Notes: generated by a model not told the origin, from the sequence alone. 64,000 bases of DNA from Vulcanimicrobiota bacterium (GCA_050250895.1 JBFWNU010000001.1:416001-480000), one strand, 5' to 3'; counted from the first letter of the stretch, positions 37,700-48,700 are shown. Numbers and translations are program-made.

Positions 37700-39988
37700 A
37701 TGGAGTTTCCGGTCGACGGGCTTGAAGCCACTTTTCGCCAGGCCCTGAGCCAGGGTGACGTAGTGCTGTCGGCGCCCACCGGCAGCGGCAAGTCGACCCG
37801 GGTACCCACCTGGTGTCCCGGACGCGTGCTGGTGGTCGAGCCCCGGCGCATCGCCTGCCGCACCCTGGCCGGCTGGGTAGCCCGCCAGCTCGGCAGCGAG
37901 GTTGGCCAGGAAGTCGGCTATGCCGTGCGTTTTGACAGCCGCGGTTCGAGCCAGACCCGCATCCAGTTCGTCACCCCCGGGGTAGCCCTGGGCTATGCCG
38001 CCAGCGGCGAGCTCTCGAGCTTCGACACGGTGGTGGTGGACGAATTTCACGAGCGAGGGGTCGAAACCGACCTCTTCGTTCCCCTGGTCAAGAAGCTCTG
38101 CCCTCGGGCCCGCCTGGTGGTGATGTCGGCGACCCTCGACGGAGCCCTGCTGTCGTCGCGGCTGGCGGCCCGCTGGCTGAAGGCCGAGGGGCGCCGCTTC
38201 GAGGTTAGCCTGGCCCATCTGGGCGGTTGCGAGGTGCCCTCCGGGCGAGGGTTGCCCGAGCGGGTGACGGCCGCGGTCACCCGAGCCCTGAGCGAGACCG
38301 ATGGCAACGTGCTGGTGTTTCTGCCGGGCATGAAAGCCATCAGCGAGGTGGCCAACCGTGTCCGCAACGCCCCGGTGGTGCGCTTGCACGGCAGCTTCTC
38401 GCACGCCGAACAGGACCGAGCCTTTCAAGAGGGAGAACGCCGCGTGATCTTGTCGACGAACGTGGCCGAGTCCTCGGTGACCGTGCCCGGGGTCACGGCC
38501 GTGGTCGACAGCGGCCTGGTCAAGCAGCACATCCATCGCGGTGGCTACTCGACCCTGGCCACCGTGCCGGTGTCTCAAGCCTCAGCCGAGCAACGGCGCG
38601 GCCGGGCCGGGCGGGTGGCTCCGGGCCGGTGCTACCGCCTCTGGTCGGCCGAGGGCGAACTGCCCGCCACCACTCCGCCCGAGCTGTGCCGGGTCGAGTT
38701 GACCGAGCTGGTGCTCTGGATCGCGGCCGTGGGGTTGACCCCCGCCCAGCTCGATTTCGTCGACCCGCCTCCGGCCTTTGCCCTCGAGCGCGCGGTGCAG
38801 CGGCTACAAAGCTGGGGCGCCCTCGACGCCCATCAGCGACTCACTGCCCGGGGCAAGGCCATGAGCGCCCTGCCGCTGCCGGCCGAACTGGCCCACCTGC
38901 TGGTCGAGGCTCCGCCCGAGTTGCTGCCCGACCTGTGCGATCTATGCGCGGTGCTCGAATCGCGCAGTGGCTTCTTCTTGTTCTCCAACCACGAAGACGT
39001 GCTCGAGGCTCGGCGCACCCAGCTGGCCGGGCCGCCTCCTATCGCCTCGATCCTGGCTCTGCGCCACGGCCAGGTCAAAGAGCACCACCTTCATCCCGAT
39101 GCCCTGAGCCAGGCCCGCCAGGTGGCCCAGCAATTGCGGGCCCTGACCCAGGCTCCACCCGGCGAAGGCCAACCGCGGCGCGAGCTGGCCCGCTTTCTGG
39201 TCGAGCGCCTGCCCGAGCGAGCCTACGTCAAGCGCAAGCAGCGCGAGGCCTGGGGCAACGGCTCCAACGAGGTCCGGCTGGGCCGCGAAGCCACTCTTCC
39301 CGAGGGAGTGCAGGCCGCCCTGATGCTCGAGATCGAGCCCGTGGCCGGCCGCGGCCTGGGCACCGAGCTGCGCGGACGCAATCCCCTCCCCTGCACCTTC
39401 TCGATGCTGCTCGAGGCAGGGCTGGGCGAGCGCGAGGTGGTCTCTCCTAGCCTGCGTGACGGCGAGGTAGTGGCCGACCTCAAAGTAACCTATGCCGGTC
39501 GAACGCTGGGCCGCCTCGAGCAAAGCCTCAGTGGCCCTAGCTTGCGGGCGGCTCTGGCCGAACTCATCCTGGCTGATCGGCTGCTGGTGCCGGCCGGCAG
39601 CGAGCTGCGCCAGGCCCTCTTCTATCACAATCTGGCCGGGGCCCTCGAGGGCAGAACCGAGGTGGTCGAGGCCCGACCCTGGCTGCTGGCCCGGCTGGCC
39701 GAGCTGGGAGTTCAGGAGCAGGCCGACTGGACTCTGCTCGGCCCCGAAGACCTGGCTTTTCCCGGATTGGAAAGCTGGCAGCTCGAAGAATTGGCTCGCA
39801 AGTACCCGGCCAGCTTCAGTTCGGGTTCGGCTCGCTTCGAGGTCGAGTACCAGCCAGCCCGACGGCTGGTCATCTTGCACTGGCAGAGCGGGCTGCGCAA
39901 CGCTCCCCTATCGCCCGCCATGCTGCCGCGCTGGAACGACTGGAAAGTCAAACTCGACGAACGGGGCCGCCTGACCGATGTGCGCTAA
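37700..39988 (+). CDS. hrpB: ATP-dependent RNA helicase HrpB-like (DEAH)
   Basis: Likely start ATG 37700. APTGSGKST, EPRRIA, DEFHER, MSATL, STNVAESSVTVPG, QRRGRAGR. Confidence 0.85.
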   Translation: MEFPVDGLEATFRQALSQGDVVLSAPTGSGKSTRVPTWCPGRVLVVEPRRIACRTLAGWVARQLGSEVGQEVGYAVRFDSRGSSQTRIQFVTPGVALGYAASGELSSFDTVVVDEFHERGVETDLFVPLVKKLCPRARLVVMSATLDGALLSSRLAARWLKAEGRRFEVSLAHLGGCEVPSGRGLPERVTAAVTRALSETDGNVLVFLPGMKAISEVANRVRNAPVVRLHGSFSHAEQDRAFQEGERRVILSTNVAESSVTVPGVTAVVDSGLVKQHIHRGGYSTLATVPVSQASAEQRRGRAGRVAPGRCYRLWSAEGELPATTPPELCRVELTELVLWIAAVGLTPAQLDFVDPPPAFALERAVQRLQSWGALDAHQRLTARGKAMSALPLPAELAHLLVEAPPELLPDLCDLCAVLESRSGFFLFSNHEDVLEARRTQLAGPPPIASILALRHGQVKEHHLHPDALSQARQVAQQLRALTQAPPGEGQPRRELARFLVERLPERAYVKRKQREAWGNGSNEVRLGREATLPEGVQAALMLEIEPVAGRGLGTELRGRNPLPCTFSMLLEAGLGEREVVSPSLRDGEVVADLKVTYAGRTLGRLEQSLSGPSLRAALAELILADRLLVPAGSELRQALFYHNLAGALEGRTEVVEARPWLLARLAELGVQEQADWTLLGPEDLAFPGLESWQLEELARKYPASFSSGSARFEVEYQPARRLVILHWQSGLRNAPLSPAMLPRWNDWKVKLDERGRLTDVR

Positions 39989-40427
39989 AGTGGTGGCCGT
40001 GGTGGGCCGCTCCGGAGCCGGCAAGACGACGCTCATCGAGGCCGTTCTCCCCCTGATATCGGGGCGAGTGGCCACCGTCAAGCACACCCACCACCGCCTC
40101 GACCCCGACCGGCCGGGCAGCGACAGCCATCGCCACCGCCAGGCCGGGGCCATCAAGACAGCTCTCACCGGTCCGGGATTCTGCGGCCTCTGGTTGCCCG
40201 ACCAACTCGACCCGCTGCAACTCGTCGAGCTGCTCAGCCCCGGCGTGGACCTCATTCTGGTCGAAGGTTACAAGACCGGCCCCTTCCCCCTCCTCGAGGT
40301 GGTGCGCGATCAGCCCCCGGTGCTGCCAGAATCGCAGGTGTGGCTGACTGCCAGCCTTCACCCCCTGGGCCGGGCCCACGAGCTGCCCCTGGACCGCCCC
40401 GACCTGATCGCCGCGGCCTTAGTTTAA
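39978..40427 (+). CDS. mobB: Molybdopterin-guanine dinucleotide biosynthesis protein B
   Basis: GRSGAGKTTL, VATVKHTHH..D.PGSDSHRH..AGA, DLILVEGYK. Confidence 0.88.
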   Translation: MCAKVVAVVGRSGAGKTTLIEAVLPLISGRVATVKHTHHRLDPDRPGSDSHRHRQAGAIKTALTGPGFCGLWLPDQLDPLQLVELLSPGVDLILVEGYKTGPFPLLEVVRDQPPVLPESQVWLTASLHPLGRAHELPLDRPDLIAAALV

Positions 40428-41482
40428 CGACACCAGGGGGGCGGATTGGCCACCAGCACCATCCAGGTGCCGGGCACCAGATCGGGATAGTCCTGGCGAA
40501 ACAGAGCCAGGGCGGCCCGCCCCTGGCTGCCAAAGGCCGCTCCCAACTGACGCGCCAATCCCTCGTCGCCGCCCTCATAGGCTACCGCAAAAGGAGCGTG
40601 GCGCAACCCGGCCCCGGCTCGCAGGGTCTGGTCGCGGTGGGGGCAGAAGCTGACTTCTTGCGAGGGCGCCTGAGCCCGGCCCACCATCTTCAAACGGGCC
40701 CTCACTTCGGCCACGCTATTGGGCCGGTCCACCTTGCGAATGGACATCATCTTGATGATCAATCGCTCGAACTCGACCGGCAGGTCGGGCCGCAGCTTGC
40801 GCGGCAACTCGAGACACATGCTGCCCGAGGCTACTAAAGCCGCGTCGGGCGGCGCTTTGCCAACCAGCAGCGCATACAGGGTGGCCCCCAGCGAATAGAT
40901 GTCGCTGCGCACATCGGTGCCGCCGGCATACTGCTCGATAGGGGCGAACCCGGGCGTGCCGTAGCCGCGCAGGGTGGCCGTGGTCATCTCGCCGGGAAAG
41001 AAAAAGCGAGCGATGCCAAAGTCGATCAAGCGCAACCGGCCGTCGCTCTGAATCATGATGTTATCGGGCTTGAGGTCGCGAAAGAGAACGATCGGTTGCT
41101 GGGCGTGCAAGTATTCGAGCACGTCGCACAACTGGTCGGCCCAGTCGAGCACCAATTCGACCGAGGGCGGAGTGATGGCCGTCTCGGTCTTGCGCCGCAG
41201 GTCGACACCGTCGACGTAGTCGGTGACCAGATAGGGCACACCCTTCTCTTGGAAGCAATCGCGCACGGCCACCAGCCCGGGATGATCCAGCTGCTTGAGC
41301 AGGTTGGCCTCGCGCTTGAGCTGCTCGCGCCCGGTGCGGGCCTGCTCGCTGCTGAGCCCGTCAAGCTGGACTTCCTTGAGGGCCACCGGCTGCCCGGTCT
41401 GCTCGTCGATGGCCTGGTAAACGATCGCCATGCCGCCCTGGCCGAGGCGGCGCTCCACCCGATACCGCTTCTTCACGCGCAT
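40424..41482 (-). CDS. Hanks-type Ser/Thr protein kinase
   Basis: LGQGGMAIVY, VALKE, FRDLKPDN, LIDFGIAR, GTPGFAPIEQ, DIYSLG. Confidence 0.93.
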   Translation of the reverse strand: MRVKKRYRVERRLGQGGMAIVYQAIDEQTGQPVALKEVQLDGLSSEQARTGREQLKREANLLKQLDHPGLVAVRDCFQEKGVPYLVTDYVDGVDLRRKTETAITPPSVELVLDWADQLCDVLEYLHAQQPIVLFRDLKPDNIMIQSDGRLRLIDFGIARFFFPGEMTTATLRGYGTPGFAPIEQYAGGTDVRSDIYSLGATLYALLVGKAPPDAALVASGSMCLELPRKLRPDLPVEFERLIIKMMSIRKVDRPNSVAEVRARLKMVGRAQAPSQEVSFCPHRDQTLRAGAGLRHAPFAVAYEGGDEGLARQLGAAFGSQGRAALALFRQDYPDLVPGTWMVLVANPPPWCR

Positions 41483-41657
41483 ATTTCCAGGGGTCGCTAA
41501 GCGGGCGGGTTTTATTCCTCGATGGCCTGGCGCAGAGCCGCCAGCCGGCCAGAGCCACGCAATAACCGTGCCGGTCGGGCTTGAGCGCAGTTAGCCTGCT
41601 GGTACGCGGTCGTCAGCACCCTGAGCCCGCGACTGCATGTGGTTCAAAGCCTCCAGG

Positions 41658-42464
41658 TCAGTGCCCCACCAGGCGTTGAACCCAGGCGGTCACGTCCAAC
41701 ACGTAGGGATAACGAACTCTTGGGTCCACCTGAAAAAGGCCATCGTCGGCCATGTGGCCCATCACCACCCATTGCTCGCCTGGCATGGCGTCGCTCCAGT
41801 CGGTTTGAAGGGTCGAACTCTGCTGACGGTTGCCGCGCAGAGTTTGCAGAACCATCAGACGGCCATTGGCCATGACGTTGACGTGGAGAATCTCGTCACC
41901 GCTGCCGGTGATCAGGTCGGCGTCGCCCTCTCGCACGCCAGGCGGCAATTGGTCGGCCCCCAGCATGTCGACGTACTCGGTGAATTTCTCTTCGCTAAAG
42001 AGGTCACGATAGGTGCCGTCGACTTCGTAGTGCCCCTCATCGTTGCGCCTGAGCAACACCAGCCAATTCGAGCCCACGGCCGGAGCCGCCAGGGTTTCTT
42101 GCATAAAGTCGTCAAAAGCCTGGCGGCCGCCGCTCTGGCGGAGCTGCTCTCCGCGCAAGAGGTCGTAATTCCAGACCACGTCATCGAGCACAGCGCCGGC
42201 GCCGGGTTTGTCTCCACCCACGGTGAACTGGCCTCCGTAGGGTTGGCCGGCGAAGAGTTTGGCGATGCGGGTGACTTTCAGGCTGACGCGGGGTGGCCTC
42301 TCGTTGGTGCCGGGCTGTGCCTGGGCGCCGACGACCTCCACCGCCAGGACCTCACGATCAGTGTTGTTGATCAACCATTGAGCCGAAGTAGTATCCTGTG
42401 CGAATCCTTCTCTGGCTACGAGAAGGAGCAAAAGTGTGAGGCCGAAGGCCTTGATGTGTTTCAT
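41658..42464 (-). CDS. Exported hypothetical protein
   Basis: Likely start ATG 42464 with signal peptide MKHIKAFGLTLLLLLVAREGFA/Q. Confidence 0.65.
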   Translation of the reverse strand: MKHIKAFGLTLLLLLVAREGFAQDTTSAQWLINNTDREVLAVEVVGAQAQPGTNERPPRVSLKVTRIAKLFAGQPYGGQFTVGGDKPGAGAVLDDVVWNYDLLRGEQLRQSGGRQAFDDFMQETLAAPAVGSNWLVLLRRNDEGHYEVDGTYRDLFSEEKFTEYVDMLGADQLPPGVREGDADLITGSGDEILHVNVMANGRLMVLQTLRGNRQQSSTLQTDWSDAMPGEQWVVMGHMADDGLFQVDPRVRYPYVLDVTAWVQRLVGH

Positions 42465-42738
42465 CGATGGTGATTGTCCGCGGCAGTTCAACACTCCTGG
42501 GTCGACCAAACCAGCGGCCAACGGTTGGTGACCCAACGAGGGGGCCCATGGGGCGGCGAGTGGGTCTATCTGCAGCGCATCGCCGCCCGCGGCGCCGACG
42601 ACCCCCCCGACGACAGCTGGTCTAGCGGGCGCTCACGTTATTAGAGGCGCCTCCGACCCGGTGAGGGGACTCACTGCTTAAGGTCGCCCTCACTGATCAG
42701 CTCCAGGAACAGACGAAGGGCAATGGGAACATGGAAGA

Positions 42739-42968
42739 ATGGCACTAGAAGCACGAGTCAAGCGCCTGGAGCGGGATTTAGAGCACCTGCTGCTGGTCAT
42801 GGCCACCCAGCGCGAGAGCAAGTGCAGACAGCTCTGCTAGAGCAAGAAATCACGTTGCGCTCTCACCTGACGGGCGTGCACGGCACGTTGGCCGAAGTGG
42901 CCAGTCAGGTCGATACTCACGAGCGACGACTGCGCGAGCTCGAACGCAACCAACCGCCGGCAGCCTGA
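42739..42968 (+). pseudogene. Frameshifted small coiled-coil protein gene
   Basis: ATG 42739 gives MALEARVKRLERDLEHLLLVMATQRE, then stops at 42840. The overlapping frame continues QVQTALLEQEI...HERRLRELE to 42968. The junction lies at GAGAG (~42814-42818). Confidence 0.5.
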
Positions 42969-42977
42969 AAACGACGT

Positions 42978-44291
42978 TTAGCCCAGTCGGGCCGAGGCCT
43001 TCTCTAGCTGCACGGCGACCGAGGCCGGTCCGGCGGCCCCGGGGTGGGCGCGGTCGGTGAGCACACTGCGAGCGTCGAGCTTGGCCAGGATGGGGTCAAC
43101 CAGCGCCTGCTCCTCGGCATCGAGGCGACCGGCCACGCTCTTACCGGCCAGTTCGTGAGCTTTGGCGAAAGGGTGACCGGCTCGCACCAGCCCGTCGGCA
43201 AGGTCCGTGGCCAACAGGCCGGGGTCGGCGCAGGCAGCGGCCATGCCGGCCGGAACAAAAGTCAGGCTGCCCACCGTGCCGGCCATCACCTCAAGACAGG
43301 CGTCGAGGGTGTCGGCGGCCTCAAAGACCGGAGGCTTGTCTTCTTGCAGGTCGCGATTATAGGCTAGCGGCAGGGCCTTGAGGGTCGCCAGCAGGCTCAT
43401 CAGATGGCCAATCAGGCGACCCGAGCGGCCCCGCACCAGCTCGGCCGGATCGGGATTTTTCTTCTGGGGCATCAGGCTGGAACCGGTGGCCCAGGCGTCA
43501 TCGAGGGCGGCAAAGCCAAACTCGGGAGTGGTCCACAGCACCAGCTCTTCAGCCAGCCGGGAAAGGTGCACTCCGCAGAGGGCCGCGGCGGCCAGGTATT
43601 CGACCGCAAAGTCACGGTCAGACACCGCATCGAGCGAATTGTCGAAGTGGCGCGAAAAGCCCAGCAGCTCGGCTGTGCGCTCGGGGCGAATCGGCCACGA
43701 GCTGCCGGCCAGGGCGCCCGCCCCCAGGGCACAGCAGTCGGCTTCGTGATAAACCCGCTCGAGGCGGCCATGGTCGCGTTCGAGTGACCAGAAGTGGGCC
43801 AGCAGATGATGGGCCAGTAGCACCGGCTGAGCCCGCTGCAGGTGGGTGTAGCCGGGCAAATAGGTGTTGGGATGGGCCCGGGCTTGCTCGAGCAAAGCGG
43901 TCTGCAGCAAGCGCACCATCGACTGGCTGCGGCGCACCTGGTCTTTGGTCCAGAGGCGAAAGTCGGTCACCACCAGATCGTTGCGGCTGCGGCCGACGCG
44001 AATGCTCGAAGCCAGGGGTCCCACCCGGGCCGCCAGCTCGGCCTCGACCCAGGAGTGAATATCCTCGTGGTCTCCGCCGGGTTGGGGGTCAGCCAGCATC
44101 GCCTCGAGCGCCCGCGTCAGCGTGGCGCTGTCCGCTGCGGAGATGACTCCCACTTCAGTCAGCATCGTGACATGAGCCAGACAGGCCCGCAGGTCATAAG
44201 TCACCAACCGGCTGTCGCTGGCCAGCGAACGTCCGAATTTCTCCATGACGGGATGGGTCCCGCCTTCAAATCTTCCACCCCAGAGCTTCAT
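42978..44291 (-). CDS. argH: Argininosuccinate lyase
   Basis: LWGGRF, HEDIH, GRSRNDL, PGYTHLQRAQP, TGSSLMPQKKNPD, YNRDLQEDK. Confidence 0.97.
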   Translation of the reverse strand: MKLWGGRFEGGTHPVMEKFGRSLASDSRLVTYDLRACLAHVTMLTEVGVISAADSATLTRALEAMLADPQPGGDHEDIHSWVEAELAARVGPLASSIRVGRSRNDLVVTDFRLWTKDQVRRSQSMVRLLQTALLEQARAHPNTYLPGYTHLQRAQPVLLAHHLLAHFWSLERDHGRLERVYHEADCCALGAGALAGSSWPIRPERTAELLGFSRHFDNSLDAVSDRDFAVEYLAAAALCGVHLSRLAEELVLWTTPEFGFAALDDAWATGSSLMPQKKNPDPAELVRGRSGRLIGHLMSLLATLKALPLAYNRDLQEDKPPVFEAADTLDACLEVMAGTVGSLTFVPAGMAAACADPGLLATDLADGLVRAGHPFAKAHELAGKSVAGRLDAEEQALVDPILAKLDARSVLTDRAHPGAAGPASVAVQLEKASARLG

Positions 44292-44366
44292 AGGCCCCGG
44301 CTTTTCGGGCTTGCCGAGAGCGGTCCTCCAGGAAGGATGGCGGCCACCGATGTGTAACCGAGAAGG

Positions 44367-44837
44367 ATGCGCAAACCCGCTGCTATTGCTCTTTTAAGCC
44401 TGCTCGTGTGTCTGGTCTCATGCGTGAGTCCCGAATCAGCCCGCATCCGCAAGTATTTTACGGCCATCGTCCCCTTCGAAGAGCAACTGCAGGCTCTTCA
44501 GACCCAGTTCAAGCAAGTCCAAGGCCTGCCGGTAGAGGCCCGCAAAGAAGCCTATCAGCACCTGGTGGAAACGATCCGCGGCCAAGTCGCCAGCCTGCGC
44601 GGGGTCGAGACGCCGCCCGAAGCGGCTCGCTATCAAGAGTTGCTGGTTCAGCTTCACGAGCATTTTGCCAGCTTTGCCGAAAAAGCCTCGGCCACCATCG
44701 GGGTGATCGATCCTGAAGAGGTCAAGAAAATTACCGGTGAGCGCGACGCCATCCAGAAACAGTATGCCGACACTCTGACCCAACTCCAGGCCGAGCAAAA
44801 GCGCCTGAGCGAGACCTATAAAGTCAAATTCGACTAG
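44367..44837 (+). CDS. Helical lipoprotein
   Basis: GAAGG upstream; lipobox LVSC; all-helical coiled-coil-like body. Confidence 0.75.
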   Translation: MRKPAAIALLSLLVCLVSCVSPESARIRKYFTAIVPFEEQLQALQTQFKQVQGLPVEARKEAYQHLVETIRGQVASLRGVETPPEAARYQELLVQLHEHFASFAEKASATIGVIDPEEVKKITGERDAIQKQYADTLTQLQAEQKRLSETYKVKFD

Positions 44838-44840
44838 CGG

Positions 44841-45578
44841 TCAGCTACAAGTCCCGCCCCCGCTACAGTCGCAACCGGCGCACGGGGCCGCGATGACGGT
44901 GCCATCGCACTCGCAGCAAATATAGTTGTTGAACGGCGAGACGATGGCGCAGCAACGGGCGCAGGCACAGTCCATCTGACTGCGTCCGCCGCACAGCGTC
45001 GAAGGCACAATCGTACACTGGGCGGCCACCCCCGACCCGACCAGGGCGTCGTCGAGACAACTCGTGCCGGTGCTGCTGTTGGCGAACACGGCACAATTGA
45101 AGGCGCCGCTGCAACTGCCCGTGCCCAGGGTGCAAGGGCAACATGTGTTCGGCCGGGCCCCACCGAACTGAGTTCCACAGCCTGTGTCGCCGCTGGTGAT
45201 ACAAGTGGGGCAGCCCGAGGCGGCGGCCGCCGCCGTGGGCAATGCGCTTGACGTGATCAAAGGAAGCATCACGGCGACCTTGCCCCAGGTCGCCAGAAAC
45301 TCTTTGCGGGTCACCGCCGAGCAGCCTTCGGCAAGAAGCCCGGCCTCGTACATTTGATTCACCGCGATTTCGATCAGGGAACGTGCTGCTTTGGGCGGCA
45401 GGGGCTGGAGGGTCTCGATGAGCGACGCGACCGAAGTATTGCCGTCGCAGTGCTCGAAGACCGAGGCCGAGACTCTGTTGAGCAAAAGCACGCGGGAGTT
45501 GGCCTGGTTGTAGACCAACCGCTCGTCGCCGACCTCCACGGTCATCACGCCCTCAAGTCGCTCTGGAAGAACGTTCAT
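44841..45578 (-). CDS. PqqD/RRE domain fused to Tat-like signal and Cys-rich tail
   Basis: VGDERLVY..VLLLNRVSASVFEHCDGNTSV...AVNQMYEAGLL (PqqD fold); TRKEFL + hydrophobic helix + AAAA; 22 Cys in the last ~125 aa. Confidence 0.78.
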   Translation of the reverse strand: MNVLPERLEGVMTVEVGDERLVYNQANSRVLLLNRVSASVFEHCDGNTSVASLIETLQPLPPKAARSLIEIAVNQMYEAGLLAEGCSAVTRKEFLATWGKVAVMLPLITSSALPTAAAAASGCPTCITSGDTGCGTQFGGARPNTCCPCTLGTGSCSGAFNCAVFANSSTGTSCLDDALVGSGVAAQCTIVPSTLCGGRSQMDCACARCCAIVSPFNNYICCECDGTVIAAPCAGCDCSGGGTCS

Positions 45579-45784
45579 GCTACCCACCCCCAATGCATGT
45601 TGTCAGAAATAAGCCTTCGGTCTCAGCCAGAGTCGACCTTCCTGATGGCCGAGGTGAACCGACCAGAGTCGTCCCTCGTAGCTCAACTGAGGCCGCCCCC
45701 GGGAATTGAATTGAGGTCAACCCAGGACTCGTAACCTCAAGGTGGAACACAAGAAATCAACAATTTCTAAGTGGGGGGGGCAAT

Positions 45785-48700
45785 TTGCTCAACCGTTTTC
45801 TAGCAGCAATCTTCATTCTACTATCCGTTTCTCTGTTAGGCTGCCAGAGTGTGTCTCCGGATGATCTGCAAGGCAAGAACCGTCCCAGCAGCACATACGG
45901 CCGCGATAGCGTCGTCGTGCAGGCCCAAAGCGCGAGTGGAACGCTGAAGCTAGCGGTGGGGGCGGGGCCCCACCAACCGGGACACAAGGCCCCGGCCCTG
46001 CCATCAGCCGTGCGCGCGCGCAACTATCTGCCATCCGACGAGCAAGTCCGAGCCCGCGGCAGCGGTGGGTTTCTTGAACGTAGGGGAGTCCGCCGCGATA
46101 TGGAAACCGGCCACCCCGCCACGAACCCTGTCATCGGAGAGACGCCGCTCCTTGACTTCATCAGTCCAGCTCAAGTGGGCGTGGCGAAAGACTGGATGCT
46201 GCTCAACGACCGTTACCTGGTCTATAAGGGCGCCATGGAAACAGACGGTCCCCCGCACGACGGAGATCAAACGACGGTCCGTTGGTCGAACGGCCAGGGG
46301 ATCAATCTGGAAATGGTGATACGCTACACTGAGACTAATGGCAACGCGCGAGTCAGCGTCGATGTGAGTGGTGATGGCGTCGAACCCTACACTAGCGGGG
46401 CCTACTTTGGACCGCCTCTGCTAAGTGTTCAGTTTGAACTCATTCTCTTCATCGATGATGTCGGCTTGCGCTACCTGCCCCGGCCGCTGCTGGAGGAGCA
46501 GTATCTGAGAACGTGGACCTTCGAGACCGAACTGGCCGATGGACAGAGACAGTCTGGCCAATTCGACATGAGGGGCTATTTTCTCGACGACGTCACTTCC
46601 ACCAACGTTGGCGGACAAACGGTGGTGGAGGGTGATATCGTAGCCCTGCCTGAAGCCAGCGACCTCTATCCAAGCGGATGGTATCCCCTCAACTATCCGA
46701 CAGCAGACCCCACTCGCTACGATGTCGAGAGCGAGTGGCGTGTCGATAGGGCTGACTACGTCAATGCCGGCTCCCTCGGATTTGCAGAGGGGGTCATCAC
46801 TCATCCCTGGGGTCAGAGCGGCCAGATCGGTCACTTCAGTGCCACCTTTCCGGGGGGCGGTGCTTACCGGTATCGTATTCAGGCCCGAACTTTGCCGGAC
46901 GGAACCGGTGACCTCTACGTGAGCGGGTCGGCGGGGGTCGATACCGTCACCGTCTTCGACGAAGAGGTCTATCCCGACCCATTCTACCCCGCAGAGCTTC
47001 CTCGCGATCCTGAGGGAGACCCCGAGGACCCTCCTGAATACGAGACGGTGACTTACAGCGCCACCCTCGCACTTCCCGACGACACCATGAACGCCGAATG
47101 GACCGTGGATGTGGTGGGCGAAGACGGCCAGGTCCTGCGGACCGCTGTGGCGAGCGGCGAGGGAGTTGGAGTCTATGCCGAGTGGGACGGGCTCGACGAT
47201 GCTGGAGAACTGGTGACCACAGCGCAAAACGCTAGCTTTGTCACCCGCGCTCAGGTCTGCGGCGCGACTGGCCCTGACCGGCCTGTTGCCTTGCAACGCG
47301 GCGCCGAGACGATCATGGCGCAGACGAACGGGAGCTGCACGCAGCTTCCTTTGCTCTCTACCTTCTTTGGTCTGGGACAGGACCTGACACGAGCGCCTGT
47401 GATCGTGCAGAAGATTCGCTTTGGCGGGAATGCCCAGCTCACGAAGTCTGACAACGTAGGGCCGTTTCCTGTCTATGACTACGTCAACGACATTCTTCGG
47501 GGCAGCCTGGAAGTCCCCGGGGAGGCCCACTGGGAACTCGGTGGTCTACCCGAGATGATTCCCGCTCTGTTCGTCGGAGGACAGACAGCCTGGCTCGGAG
47601 CCGAGCTGGCCGTGGAGGACACCCCAGAGGACTGGGAGACCCTCGAGGTCCAAGTAGAAATGAATGTCAACGACGGACCCCAGAATGAATCGCTAGGCAG
47701 CCAGACATTAATCCGCGACGAATGGGAAAATCGCGAGAACTTCCATTCAGGAAAGCTCGCCTACTCCTTCCTTCTTCCGCCCGTCGTGGGACGCCATCGT
47801 GTGAAGCTCTACTGGACCTTCTGGTTTCGGAATAGCAGCGGCGAGGTTGTGGCGGAGTCTCAGAGCGTCACCCCTTCGGCCGAGGTGCCGGAGGATCCGG
47901 CTCACCTGGTATACACGGGATTGGCGCCGCCTTTACAGTTCAACCAGACGGGAAACACCTACCGAGGAGAGCTCGTCAATCCGATGTTTGGATACCCCTA
48001 CTATCATCCCACCTCCTTTCAGTTCGATAGCGACGCGGCGCTCACGAGTCAGCGCAGCCCGCTTGATATGGCTTGCCGCTGGGCACAAGGGATGGATTCC
48101 CGGCCTGCTCTGCTCGCCGAGCTCGCACGAGGTCTGCATGAGGAGAGCGGTTACCAATACGACTACTTTAGAAAAAGCGCCGCCTTTGTCGATAACAGTT
48201 ACCCCCGAGGCTACCACCTTGCTGCTCAGCGAGACTACCGTCTCGAAGCCCATTTGGTCTCACAGACCTGCGATTGCGCCTCCTTTGCCAATTTGGGTCG
48301 TGTGCTTGCGGCCACTCTGGGGGTCCAAGTCAAAACCATCGCGATTATAGCAAACACCGACGCAGGCGAAGGGATCTACACTAACTATGCGGACGCCGCC
48401 GGAAGTCTCTTACCAGCGTTCATCCTTCTTCCCCGCACACTCGTCCCGAGTCCGGTCAAGGATCGGTATATGCTGGACAGCACGACGGATGGAAAGGATG
48501 TCCTTCACGAGTGGACTCAAATCCCGTGGCAGTTCCACGAATGGATCCTGGACCCGCAGGATAGCAGAATCTATGACTCTGTCGTCAAGTTAAAGCCAAC
48601 ACCCACCGAAATGACCGCCGCACTTCTCAATCAGTACAACGTCTCCAACGTCCAAGCCTTCCAGGCCTTTTTGGAGGCCAAGGGTCTCGCGCCGGACAGA

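Noticed and set aside
42540-42645. Possible gene remnant (GGEWVYLQRIAARGADDPPDDSW)
   Set aside because: Too short, no clear start or RBS, no recognisable family.
45671-45735. tRNA gene or fragment (GTCCCTCGTAGCTCAACTG resembles a tRNA 5' end)
   Set aside because: No T-loop GTTCRA, no matching acceptor stem and no anticodon arm.
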